A stretch of 32,000 bases of DNA from Microcystis aeruginosa NIES-2549 (GTDB lineage: Bacteria; Cyanobacteriota; Cyanobacteriia; Cyanobacteriales; Microcystaceae): the NCBI RefSeq assembly GCF_000981785.2, contig NZ_CP011304.1:3540001-3572000 (forward strand), given 5' to 3'. Shown piece after piece: positions 7,358 to 17,600 of this stretch (its first letter is position 1; each line of letters begins with the position of its first letter). The notes below the pieces were generated by a model. The model was not told where the DNA came from, ran no database searches, and worked only from the letters and a program-made list of their open reading frames with translations. Both the position numbers and the translations under genes were made by a program.

Positions 7358-10246
7358 ATGCTTGCCTCATCACGTCTTCAAGCCAGTAGGAGTAACCCCA
7401 CTGGACTCACTTCACCTCCCACGGTCGGTTCAATCGTGCGGTGCAGAAATCGTCAGTGGGTTGTTCTACCGAGTGAGCGAGAGGAGGTAATCATTCTACG
7501 TCCTTTATCGGGGAGTGAGGAACAAATCTGTGGAATTTACACCGTTTTAGGTGAAAAAATCGAATCCGCCACTTTCTCACCCCCAGAACCGCAAACTTTA
7601 CGCGACCACGAAGCTGGGCGATTACTCCTTGATGCGGCCAGATTAAGCCTTCGTAGCGGCGCGGGGCCGTTTCGGTGTCTGGGTCGCCTGTCAGTACGTC
7701 CCCGTCCGTACCAGATCGTTCCCTTGTTGATGGCACTCCGTCAGGAAACCGTAAGATTGTTAATCGCGGACGATGTGGGGATCGGTAAGACCGTAGAAAC
7801 CGCGTTAATCGCCCGCGAACTGCTCGATCGAGGGGATATCCAACGTATCGGAGTATTATGTCCCCCTCAATTATGCGATCAGTGGCAGAGGGAACTAAAG
7901 CAGAAATTTAATATTGACGCGGTAGTTATTCGATCGGGAACGGTAGCGAAACTGGAAAGAGAATTACCTTCAGGAAATAGCCATATTTTCAGTTATTACC
8001 GCCATATTATCGTTAGTCTCGATTATGCGAAATCCGATCGCCGTCGGGCTAGTTTTCTGGCGCATCGTCCCGATCTTGTGATCGTAGATGAAGCGCATAC
8101 CGCCACACAGAGTAAGGAAGGAGCGAATCAACAGCGACATCAATTGGTGAGTAAACTGGCGGAAAACCCCGATCAGCACCTGATCCTGTTAACCGCGACC
8201 CCTCACAACGGGATTGAAACTTCTTTTTTGTCCCTCCTGGGCTTTTTAAAGCCAGAGTTCAGCACTTTTCAATTAGACGCTCTTAGCGAGAAACAACGCG
8301 CCGAATTGGCCAAGCATTTCATCCAGCGTAGGCGTGCCGATGTTCAAGACTGGATGGCAGAAAATACGCCTTTTTCCATCCGAAAATCGATCGAGTACCC
8401 CTATCAACTATCCAACGAGTATCGAGAGTTATTCGATCGGGTTTTTGATTTCGTCCGTGGCCTAGTTCGTTCGGTCGATGAAAGTCTCAGCCACGCCCAA
8501 AAAAGGGGAAGGTATTGGGCGGCCTTGGCGATTATCCGATGCGTGATGTCCTCTCCTGCCGCCGCTATCGCTACCCTATCCAGACAGGCGGATAAAAACG
8601 CTAATCTCGACGATCTAGCCGAAAAAACCAGAGATGAATCGGTGGAAGATATCGATCGAGTTGCCTCTCCCTACGTCTATGACGTGACAGAAGAAGAATT
8701 GTCGGTGGACAGTACCCCGACCGCATTAGTCGAACAGAGTATCCGCACCTATCCGGACTCGGCGAGAAAAAGGCTGAGAGATTTCGCGAGAGCGGCGGAA
8801 CAATTAACGAGCAAAAAAGACCAAAAACTTCAATACACACTAAAAATCGTCAAAGAACTACTGACAGAAGGCTATAATCCCATTCTCTGGTGTCGCTATA
8901 TCGCTACCGCCAATTATTACGCCCAAGCTCTTAAAGCGGAGTTTGTGGGAAAAAGGGGCGTTCAACCGAGGGTTATCGCAATTACCGGCGAACTATCGGA
9001 AGACGAGCGGGAGATTCGCTTGGACGAATTAAAATCCTGTCCGCAAAGGGTTCTAGTGGCTACGGACTGCCTGAGTGAGGGGATTAATCTACAGGAACAC
9101 TTCAACGCTTGTTGCCATATAGATTTGCCGTTTAATCCCAACCGTTTAGAACAACGGGAAGGAAGGATTGATCGCTACGGACAGACGACCCCGCAACTCA
9201 AGTGTATTCTTCTCTACGGACAGGATAACCCTGTTGATGGTGTAGTGTTGGATGTTCTCTTGAGAAAAGCGGTGACGATCCATCGTAATCTAGGGATCAC
9301 CGTACCGATCCCGATGGACAGTGCAACGGTACAGGAGGCGATCTTTCAATCCCTGTTCGAGCGATCGACAACGGTACGTCAATTAAGCCTTTTTGACAGT
9401 AACCCAGCCCTGGCCTCACTTCATCAGGACTGGGAGAAAGCGAAGGAAAAAGAAATTCAAAACCGTACCCGTTTCGCCCAACGCTCGATCAAACCGGAAG
9501 AAGTTCAACAGGAATTGAATGAGTCCGATGAAATTCTTGGAAATGAAGCGGATGTGGAGCGATTTGTGCGGAACGCGCTCGATCGATGGGAAATATCGCT
9601 GGTTAAAAAGAAAGTTGGCTGGCAACTCTCCAGAATTCCCGATTGTTTGGAGATCGAAAATCGACCCCGAACGATCGCTTTTACTACCCCCGTTGCTGAG
9701 GGAGTGGAGTATGTGGGGCGGAATCATCCCCTTGTGGAGGGTTTAGCCCGTTATCTATTCGAGGAGGCACTAGAATCCTCCCACTCGATCGCCGAGAGTT
9801 CATCTCCCCCGTTCGCCTCCCGTTGTGGCGTTACCGTTACCAATGCGATCGCTAAACCGACTTTTATTCTGTTACTGCGCTCACGTCTCCTATTAACGGG
9901 ACGGAACACGCGTCCGCTTCTAGCGGAAGAATGTTTGGCAAGAGGTTTTACGGGAACTCCCGATCGACCGTGTTGGTTATCGGGAACGGAAACCCTCGCC
10001 CTGTTCGATACCGTTGTTCCCACCACAGATATATCTCAGGAGGAAAAACGAGAGTGGATCGAGATGGTGATTGATCGTCTGGAAGATTTAACGCCCAGTC
10101 TGACGGAGATCGCAACCGAAAGAGCCGAGACATTACTCGCCTCTCACCGACGGGTAAGACGGTTTACTGGCGAGGGAATGTTACAAAAAGTCGAGCCACA
10201 ATTACCGATGGATATTTTGGGCGTTTATATTCTCTTGCCGCCATAA
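7358..10246 (+). CDS. drmD: SNF2-family helicase (DISARM DrmD-like)
   Basis: Motif I 'DDVGIGKTVE', motif II 'VIVDEAHTA', motif III 'LLTATPHNG', helicase-C 'VATDCLSEGINLQ' and 'DLPFNPNRLEQREGRIDRYGQ'. The ORF is open from GTG 7202, but the first ATG (7358) precedes the conserved 'GSIVRCRNRQWVVLP' N-terminal block. The DrmD assignment comes from gene context. Confidence 0.75.
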   Translation: MLASSRLQASRSNPTGLTSPPTVGSIVRCRNRQWVVLPSEREEVIILRPLSGSEEQICGIYTVLGEKIESATFSPPEPQTLRDHEAGRLLLDAARLSLRSGAGPFRCLGRLSVRPRPYQIVPLLMALRQETVRLLIADDVGIGKTVETALIARELLDRGDIQRIGVLCPPQLCDQWQRELKQKFNIDAVVIRSGTVAKLERELPSGNSHIFSYYRHIIVSLDYAKSDRRRASFLAHRPDLVIVDEAHTATQSKEGANQQRHQLVSKLAENPDQHLILLTATPHNGIETSFLSLLGFLKPEFSTFQLDALSEKQRAELAKHFIQRRRADVQDWMAENTPFSIRKSIEYPYQLSNEYRELFDRVFDFVRGLVRSVDESLSHAQKRGRYWAALAIIRCVMSSPAAAIATLSRQADKNANLDDLAEKTRDESVEDIDRVASPYVYDVTEEELSVDSTPTALVEQSIRTYPDSARKRLRDFARAAEQLTSKKDQKLQYTLKIVKELLTEGYNPILWCRYIATANYYAQALKAEFVGKRGVQPRVIAITGELSEDEREIRLDELKSCPQRVLVATDCLSEGINLQEHFNACCHIDLPFNPNRLEQREGRIDRYGQTTPQLKCILLYGQDNPVDGVVLDVLLRKAVTIHRNLGITVPIPMDSATVQEAIFQSLFERSTTVRQLSLFDSNPALASLHQDWEKAKEKEIQNRTRFAQRSIKPEEVQQELNESDEILGNEADVERFVRNALDRWEISLVKKKVGWQLSRIPDCLEIENRPRTIAFTTPVAEGVEYVGRNHPLVEGLARYLFEEALESSHSIAESSSPPFASRCGVTVTNAIAKPTFILLLRSRLLLTGRNTRPLLAEECLARGFTGTPDRPCWLSGTETLALFDTVVPTTDISQEEKREWIEMVIDRLEDLTPSLTEIATERAETLLASHRRVRRFTGEGMLQKVEPQLPMDILGVYILLPP

Positions 10247-10283
10247 AAATTCCCGAATTTCAACTCTTCACGCTATTTTCGCC

Positions 10284-13200
10284 ATGAATAACGCCGCCGC
10301 CTACCGTATCGCCGGAAATCTACTCGCGTCTGACATGACCACCGAAATCGCTTCGGGAGAAAAGGATGGTCAGAGCAATATTCATTTCGGTCTGGAGCGA
10401 TCGATCAAGTTGGAGGACGAGATCGCTTTCGTTTGGGGCGAGGCCAAGGATCAGTGGCAGATTTTCCAACGTCGTTTAAAACGACTGGGGGAAAGCGATA
10501 CGGGAACGTCAACAACGCGGGAATTTTGGGTGATTCCCCTGCTTAAACTGCTCGGCTATCAACCCGTCTTACAAGAGAGAGCGGAGACGGTAGATGGTCA
10601 AACTTTCGCCATCTCCCATCGGGCTGGTTTTGGAGACGGGACGGGCGATCTTTCCCCTCTCGAATCGCCCCCGGTTCATATCGTCAGTTGTAAGCAATCC
10701 CTAGAGCAACGTCCGCCCTCCGGTCGTCCCCGACTTTCCGCTCACGCTCTAGTACAGGAATACCTGAACCGTACCGAGCATTTATGGGGAGTCGTTACCA
10801 ACGGGTTACGATGGCGACTCCTGCGGGATTGCTCTTTGATGACCCGATTGACCTTTATCGAGTTCGATCTAGAGCAGATCGTCCAGAATGAGAATTACGC
10901 GGAATTCTGCCTGTTTTATCGGCTTTTCCACCGTACCCGTTTACCGTGGGGAGTCGAGGATGTGGATAGCTGTTTTCTGGAAGTCTATCACCAAGATGCG
11001 TTAGAACAGGGGGGACGGGTACGGGAGCGGCTACGCGACGGGGTTGAACAGGCTTTACTACTATTGGGAACCGGTTTCTTACAACACCGCCAAAATCAGC
11101 GTTTAAGAGAGGCGATCAACTCCAGGGAGTTGTCGGAACGGGATTATTACCGGTCCCTGTTGTTGTTGATTTACCGCTTGTTATTTCTAATGGTGGCGGA
11201 GTCCCGTAATCTACTGTTAGCAGGGGAAGACGAGGGAAAAGCTCGAATTTACAGCGAGTATTATAGTGTCTTCCGGTTGCGAGCCTTGGCCGAGCGGAAA
11301 AGTTACCTTCGGGAGGGTTTTCAGGACAATTGGCAGGGGTTGAGGGTCACGTTTAGTCTATTCGACGAGAGTTGGCGCGGGGAATTATTGGGGTTATCGC
11401 CCTTGAACGGTGATCTGTTCGGCTCGAATTCCTTGAAATTGCTAGAAGATTTGGCGATCGATAATCACGATCTACTTCTGGCTATCCGTCATCTCTCTCT
11501 GTACGAGAATCGCGGTCAATTACGCCGCGTGAATTACGCCGCGCTCGACGTGGAGGAGTTGGGAAGTGTTTACGAGAGTTTATTGGATTTCACACCGAGA
11601 ATTGTCAATGAATCCGTATCTTACCGTTTTCTCTTGGTAATCGGGAGCGATCGTAAAACCACCGGATCCTATTACACCCCCCCCGCGTTAGTCGGACAGT
11701 TAATCAAATCGGCTTTAGAACCGGTTATCGCCGACAAGCTGAAAGGGAAGGAATCGCCTGAAGACAAGGAAAAAGCTTTATTATCCCTGACCGTATGCGA
11801 TCCCGCTTGTGGGAGCGGTCATTTTCTACTCGCGGCGGCGCGGCGTATCGGCAAGGAATTAGCCCGCGTCCGTAGCGGGGAAGATCAACCCTCTCCCGAA
11901 GAGATCGGGAAAGCCACCCGCGACGTGATCCAAAATTGTATCTACGGGGTGGATTTAAACCCTCTCGCGGTGGATCTGTGTAAGGTCGCCCTGTGGATCG
12001 AGGGTTTTTGCAAGGGATTCCCGCTTAATTTCCTCGATCACCGGATTAAATGCGGGAATTCTCTAGTGGGGGTGATGGATCTCGATGTGCTGAAAGAGGG
12101 GATTCCCGACGAAGCTTATAAAGCGGTCACGGGCGATGATAAATCTCTCGCTACCAAGCTGAAAAAATCTAACAAGGAACAGTGCAAGGTTCCGAAAGGT
12201 CAGTTGTCGCTATTCCAGGATATAGATTTCGAGGTTCGGCAGGGGAACTATGCGGAAGGCTCGCGGCATCTCAACCGCATCACCGATTCGACTCCCGCGG
12301 AATATCACCGCAAACAGGAACGCTACGAGGAATTACGCGCTGATTCTCAATGGTGGCAGGATTTTTCCGCCTGTAATCTCTGGACGGCGGCATTTTTTAT
12401 GCCTTTAACCGAGGCGAATTTACAGCTTATCCCCACTACGGAAGCCCTCCGTCGTCTCCTACGGGAAGCGGAACAGCGTCAGCAACGGAACCCCCTTCAA
12501 GGTTCTCTCTTCGCTGACGGGGAAACCTCTTCCTCGACTCCTTTTAGCGTGACGCGAATTGTCGAGGCGGCGAATAATCTCGCGAGAGAACAGCGATTTT
12601 TTCACTGGTGTCTGGAATTTCCCGAAGTGTTCGCCGAAGGGGGATTTAGCTGTGTTTTAGGAAATCCACCGTGGGAACTATTACAAATAGCGGAGAAGGA
12701 GTTTTTTGCTTCTAAAGATGAAAGTATCGCTAATGAAAAAGATAGTTCTAAAAGAAAAAAACAAATCCAGCAATTGGCAAAAACAAATCCTCAGTTATTA
12801 CAAATGTTTGAAAATACAAAGCATGATGCAGACGCACAAAATAAATTTATTCGAGAGTCAGGAAGATTTTTATTAACACTAAGAGGGAAAATTAATACTT
12901 ATTCTGTCTTTGCTGAACTAGTTAAAAACCTAATGTCTTCTCAAGGAAAAAGTGCAGTAATTATTAAATCTGGTATTGCAACAGATGATTCTAATAAAGA
13001 TTTCATTCAAAACGTTGTTAGTAATTGTTTACTAACTAGCTTTTTTGACTTTAACAATGAAGATTATATTTTTAAAGACATAGAACATACAGTTTCATTC
13101 GCTATTCTGACTTTATCCAACATTCCATGTAGTCAGGTATATTTTGCTTCACAGCTAAGAAATTTAAATCAACTTAAAAATCCTCTAAAGCTTTATGGAT

Positions 13201-14279
13201 TGAGTAGTGACGAAATAAGACTTTTTAATCCTAATACTCTAAATCTTCCTATTTTTCAGTCTATAGAAGATCTGAAATTGGTCAGAAAAATTTATCAAAA
13301 AGTTCCTGTTTTAAGCAATCTTAAAAAGAAAGAAAACCATTGGAAAGCTTTCTTTAGACAAGGATTGTTTAATATGACATCTGAACGAGAAATATTTTGG
13401 ATAGAAAGTGAGTTAATCACCAATAATTTTAATTTAAAACGAAATGTATATTTTAAAGAAAATATTATTTATTTGCCTCTTTATGAATCTAAAAACACAG
13501 ATCAATATAATCATCGGTTTGCAGGTTTTGAAGGAATTAAAGAAGAAGAAAGATACCGTAATAGACCTCCCATTAATGAGGCTAATCAACAGCAGTTGGC
13601 TAATGTTACTTGGCAAATTACACCGAGATACTGGGTACAGAATCAATCTGTTGATTTAAAAATCCCCGAACAGTGGAAATATAACTGGTTAATAGGTTTT
13701 CGGAATGCTATTAATGCTTTTGCCGATTCAAGAAGCGTAAGATTTACACTTATTCCTAAGTGTGGTGTTGGCAATTCTATGCCTTTAATCTTTTCGGAAG
13801 AAAAGCCTAAAATGTTATGCTGTTTAGTAGCTAATTTTAATTCATTGATTCTTGATTATGTTGCAAAACAAAAAGCAAGTGGTGGAAATTTAAACTTTTA
13901 TGTTGTCAAACAACTCCCTATCATTCCCCCAAACTGGTACACATCAGAAGACATCGAATACATTAGCGATCGAGTCCTTGAATTAGTATACACCGCTTAC
14001 GACATAAGACCCTTCGCTGAAGATATGGGATACTACGGCGAACCCTTCATCTGGGATGAAGACCGACGGGCGAAACTGCGCGCCGAACTCGATGCGAAAT
14101 ACGCCAAACTCTACGGCTTGACCCGTGACGAGCTAAGGTATATCCTAGATCCCGCCGATGTTTACGGCGAGGATTTCCCCTCGGAAACCTTCCGAGTCCT
14201 CAAGAATAACGAGATGAAGAAGTACGGCGAATACCGCACCCGTCGCCTAGTTCTAGAGGCTTGGGATTCAATGAAATAA
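10284..14279 (+). CDS. drmMI: Large Eco57I/type IIG-like N6-adenine DNA methyltransferase (DISARM DrmMI-like)
   Basis: SAM motif I 'VCDPACGSGHFLLAAA' (~11808-11834). Catalytic motif IV 'GNPPWE' (NPPW = 12663-12674). The size is 1331 aa. It lies 37 nt downstream of the SNF2 gene. Confidence 0.8.
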   Translation: MNNAAAYRIAGNLLASDMTTEIASGEKDGQSNIHFGLERSIKLEDEIAFVWGEAKDQWQIFQRRLKRLGESDTGTSTTREFWVIPLLKLLGYQPVLQERAETVDGQTFAISHRAGFGDGTGDLSPLESPPVHIVSCKQSLEQRPPSGRPRLSAHALVQEYLNRTEHLWGVVTNGLRWRLLRDCSLMTRLTFIEFDLEQIVQNENYAEFCLFYRLFHRTRLPWGVEDVDSCFLEVYHQDALEQGGRVRERLRDGVEQALLLLGTGFLQHRQNQRLREAINSRELSERDYYRSLLLLIYRLLFLMVAESRNLLLAGEDEGKARIYSEYYSVFRLRALAERKSYLREGFQDNWQGLRVTFSLFDESWRGELLGLSPLNGDLFGSNSLKLLEDLAIDNHDLLLAIRHLSLYENRGQLRRVNYAALDVEELGSVYESLLDFTPRIVNESVSYRFLLVIGSDRKTTGSYYTPPALVGQLIKSALEPVIADKLKGKESPEDKEKALLSLTVCDPACGSGHFLLAAARRIGKELARVRSGEDQPSPEEIGKATRDVIQNCIYGVDLNPLAVDLCKVALWIEGFCKGFPLNFLDHRIKCGNSLVGVMDLDVLKEGIPDEAYKAVTGDDKSLATKLKKSNKEQCKVPKGQLSLFQDIDFEVRQGNYAEGSRHLNRITDSTPAEYHRKQERYEELRADSQWWQDFSACNLWTAAFFMPLTEANLQLIPTTEALRRLLREAEQRQQRNPLQGSLFADGETSSSTPFSVTRIVEAANNLAREQRFFHWCLEFPEVFAEGGFSCVLGNPPWELLQIAEKEFFASKDESIANEKDSSKRKKQIQQLAKTNPQLLQMFENTKHDADAQNKFIRESGRFLLTLRGKINTYSVFAELVKNLMSSQGKSAVIIKSGIATDDSNKDFIQNVVSNCLLTSFFDFNNEDYIFKDIEHTVSFAILTLSNIPCSQVYFASQLRNLNQLKNPLKLYGLSSDEIRLFNPNTLNLPIFQSIEDLKLVRKIYQKVPVLSNLKKKENHWKAFFRQGLFNMTSEREIFWIESELITNNFNLKRNVYFKENIIYLPLYESKNTDQYNHRFAGFEGIKEEERYRNRPPINEANQQQLANVTWQITPRYWVQNQSVDLKIPEQWKYNWLIGFRNAINAFADSRSVRFTLIPKCGVGNSMPLIFSEEKPKMLCCLVANFNSLILDYVAKQKASGGNLNFYVVKQLPIIPPNWYTSEDIEYISDRVLELVYTAYDIRPFAEDMGYYGEPFIWDEDRRAKLRAELDAKYAKLYGLTRDELRYILDPADVYGEDFPSETFRVLKNNEMKKYGEYRTRRLVLEAWDSMK

Positions 14280-14314
14280 TCGAACAATTTTTTATCTTTC
14301 TGAAACATTATGTA

Positions 14315-14621
14315 GGGTCTGCTGAATAAATCTAAAAACCTTGTTGGGTAAGACTTTTAGACTTTTTGTCAATCAAAAAGTACCAGGCATGGGAGTGATC
14401 AGGGGGAAAATTGAGGTACTTTTTCCCTGAAAATTAGGTAGTTGACCACGGCGGTTCGACAAGCTCACCGTCCTACTCGACTGAGCTTCGCCGAACGTCC
14501 TGAAAATGGATAAAACCCCACACCCGTTCGGACTTCGGCGTGAGCTCAGTCGAACGCTGAGCTCACGGCCGAAGCCCACACCCCACACCCTGCCCCCACG
14601 AAAAACTTTTTCAGCAGCCCC
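14315..14621 (+). mobile_element. ~307-bp non-autonomous element (MITE) derived from the IS5/IS1182-like IS
   Basis: The left end 'gggtctgctgaataaatctaaaaaccttgttgggtaagacttttag' closely matches the IS left end 'gggtttgctgaataatggtaaaaaccttacaggaaagggcttttag'. The right end 'ctttttcagcagcccc' matches the IS right end 'ctttttcagcaaaccc'. There is no transposase inside. The interior is a GC-rich palindromic module (14440-14580). The target duplication is ambiguous (ATTATG at 14307-14312 and 14624-14629 if the ends are extended by TA). Confidence 0.65.
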
Positions 14622-14687
14622 TAATTATGATAAATCTCTTTATCGAGCCGGGCATTTTAAGAGAAAGGACTCATCCACGAAATACCC

Positions 14688-17600
14688 ATGATTCTCAAAG
14701 ACCTCCTCGCCGGTGGAATTCCCGCCATAACCGCTACCAGCACTTTTATCGGAATGGGAATGCTTCCCCAAAAGCTCAATGCAAACGGGGTGGATACCCT
14801 CACTGACGAACAAATCGAAGCCCTTTTCTCCAATATTCCCGCGGATTGGAGTTTCTCCGACCTAGCCGAGAGAGTCTTTGACGAGTCAACCGTAAGTGAG
14901 TCTCTAGCCGATCGACTGATCGCCTATATCGATCAAAAACACGGCGGGGAATCTCTTACCCCCGAACCGCGGGAATCATCCGAACCCGAAGGGGATAGCC
15001 CCCGAAAATTCGATATTTTTACCCTCCGAGATGAAATTGTCGAGGATTACCGGGGATACATCGAGAGCTTTCTGAGTATTAAGGACAAACGGATAAAAGA
15101 GTTCGTCAATAGGGAATTAGACCGGGGACAACTCTGGAAAGATCCCCTCGTCCAACTCAATCCCCCTTACAAACGTGGCGCGACCGTCGGCCAGCTGATC
15201 GGACGCGGGATACTCCATCAGGACTGCGATCGCTACTTCCCGAACTTCACCTTTTTCGAGCATCAAGAAACCGCCTTTCAACTAGCCCGCCAGAATTTAC
15301 CCTACGTCGTCACCACGGGAACCGGGTCGGGAAAAAGCTTGACCTATGTAGTCCCGATCATTAACGACATCCTCGAAAACCCGACATTACAGGGAGTTAG
15401 AGCTATTTTGGTCTATCCGATGAACGCGCTCATAAACTCTCAAGAGGAAGAATTCAAGAAATTTCTAGAGAATATCCCCGATAGCCCGATTAAAGTAGCT
15501 AAATATACGGGACAAGAATCTTTAACGGAAAAAGCCGAGATACAGAACAATCCGCCCCATATCCTCCTGACGAACTATGTGATGTTGGAGTTGATGCTTA
15601 CCCGCGTCCACGAGGATAAACTGGTAGCTTCGCCCGACCTGAAATTCTTGGTACTCGACGAACTGCATACCTATCGCGGTCGTCAGGGCGCGGATGTAGC
15701 CCTAGTAATCCGAAAACTCAAAAGGCGATGCGATAAGTCCTTAGTCTGTATCGGCACATCGGCCACCATGTCCACCGAGGGCGATCGGGCCGATCGGAAG
15801 CGAACCGTCGCCGAAGTCGCCAGTAAACTTTTCGGTGTCGAGATCTCCCCCGATCGAGTGATCGATGAAACCCTGGAACGCGCTATTTCCCGCCCCGATC
15901 CAACGGTAGCCGAACTACAACAGTCTCTACAGCAAGAAGTCTCCCCCGAAGAAGAACAAACCGACGAAGCTTTCCAACAGCATCCGCTCGTCGCATGGAT
16001 CGAGATGAATTTGGGATTAGAGGAGGAAGATGGCTATTTAAAACGCCGTACCCCCATATCTCTTAAGGAAGCAGCTGACCAGTTAGCCAAGTTAACCAAG
16101 ATCGATACCGGTGTCTGTCTCGATCGATTACGGGAGATGTTACTCTGGAGCGGTCGGTTAAACGCTAGTAAAACGAAGAATTCCAGAGAGGTCAGAGGTC
16201 TTCCCTTCCGCCTACATCAGTTTATTTCCCAAGGTGGCAGTGTCTATGCGACCATCGAACCCCACGAACGACGGGAATTAACCCTAGAAGGGCAGTATCG
16301 AACTACTCGTGATCGATTGCTCTTTCCGATCGTGTTCTGCCGAGAATGCGGTCACGACTATTATGTGGTTCGCTACGATTCCGAAAAGTACCAGATTACG
16401 CCTCTAATTCCCACGGCGATCGACGAGGAAAACGACGAGGATATTACCGAGGGATATTTAACTCTCGACGAACCCGATCTATGGGACATCAATGACGAGG
16501 AACGCTTACCAGATACTTGGTTTAACTTAAATAAAAGCGGACGGAAAGTCAAAAAAGATTTCGCTAAGTTTATCCCGCGAGAACTGTATGTTTATCCGGA
16601 TGGCAGGATCGTCACGGGAGCGTTTAGCACCGACGATCCGATTCAACCCGTTCGTTGTTGGTTTATTCCTAAACCCTTTTTAACTTGCTTGAACTGCGGT
16701 GTTGTGTATGATCGCAAGACTACCGAATACCGCAAACTATCCCGTCTTAGTAGTGAGGGGCGTAGTACCGCCACCACTCTACTCTGTCTCTCCACCGTCA
16801 ACCGCTTAAAGCTGAATCTGAATATTCAAGAAACTGCGGCGAAAATCCTTAGCTTCACCGATAATCGTCAGGACGCTTCCTTACAAGCAGGTCATTTTAA
16901 CGATTTCGTGCAAACTTCCTTTTTACGGGGCAGTTTAAATAGAGCTTTGCAAAACCACGGATATCTAACCCACGCGGAATTAGCGGCAAAAGTAGTGAAC
17001 GCGATGGGGCTAACTCAAGAACAATACGCTGAACAACCTGTCACCTTCGGTACCGGCAAAACTCGCAACGAGAAGGCTTTTGAGGATCTGATTCAGTATC
17101 GCCTCTACGACGATTTAAAACGGGGCTGGCGCATTGTCCAACCGAATTTAGAACAATCCGGTTTACTGGCGATCGAGTACCCGGATTTAGAAAACAACTG
17201 TCAAAATCTCGCTCCCTGGCAAAAATACCCTCATCCCGTTCTCGTCTCGGCAACTCCAGAGCAACGTTTAAAAGCGGCCAGCTTTTTACTGGATCATTTA
17301 CGGAAAAATTTAGCCCTAGACGCAGACTTACTTCAGTCAAATCGTCTCAACGAGTTACAGAGACGAGTAAATCAAGCTCTTAACCAGGCTTGGAAATTCG
17401 ATGATCATGAATACCTTCCTCCCGCAACAAAAGCTTCTCACCTTAACAATCCTCGATCGGGAGCCACGGTGAAGTTAACCGCGAAAAGTAAAGTCGGGAA
17501 GTATTTGCGATCGGAGCAATTATGGGGACACAAGGTTACGGAAGCCGAATATGAAAGCTTAATTGTATCTTTAATCAATGCTCTAGCGGATTCCGGGTAT

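Noticed and set aside
13434-13659. Two ~70-aa ORFs on both strands inside the methyltransferase gene
   Set aside because: They fall in the AT-rich cassette. Their products are low-complexity (I/K/F/N-rich), and they are nested in a 1331-aa ORF with clear motifs.
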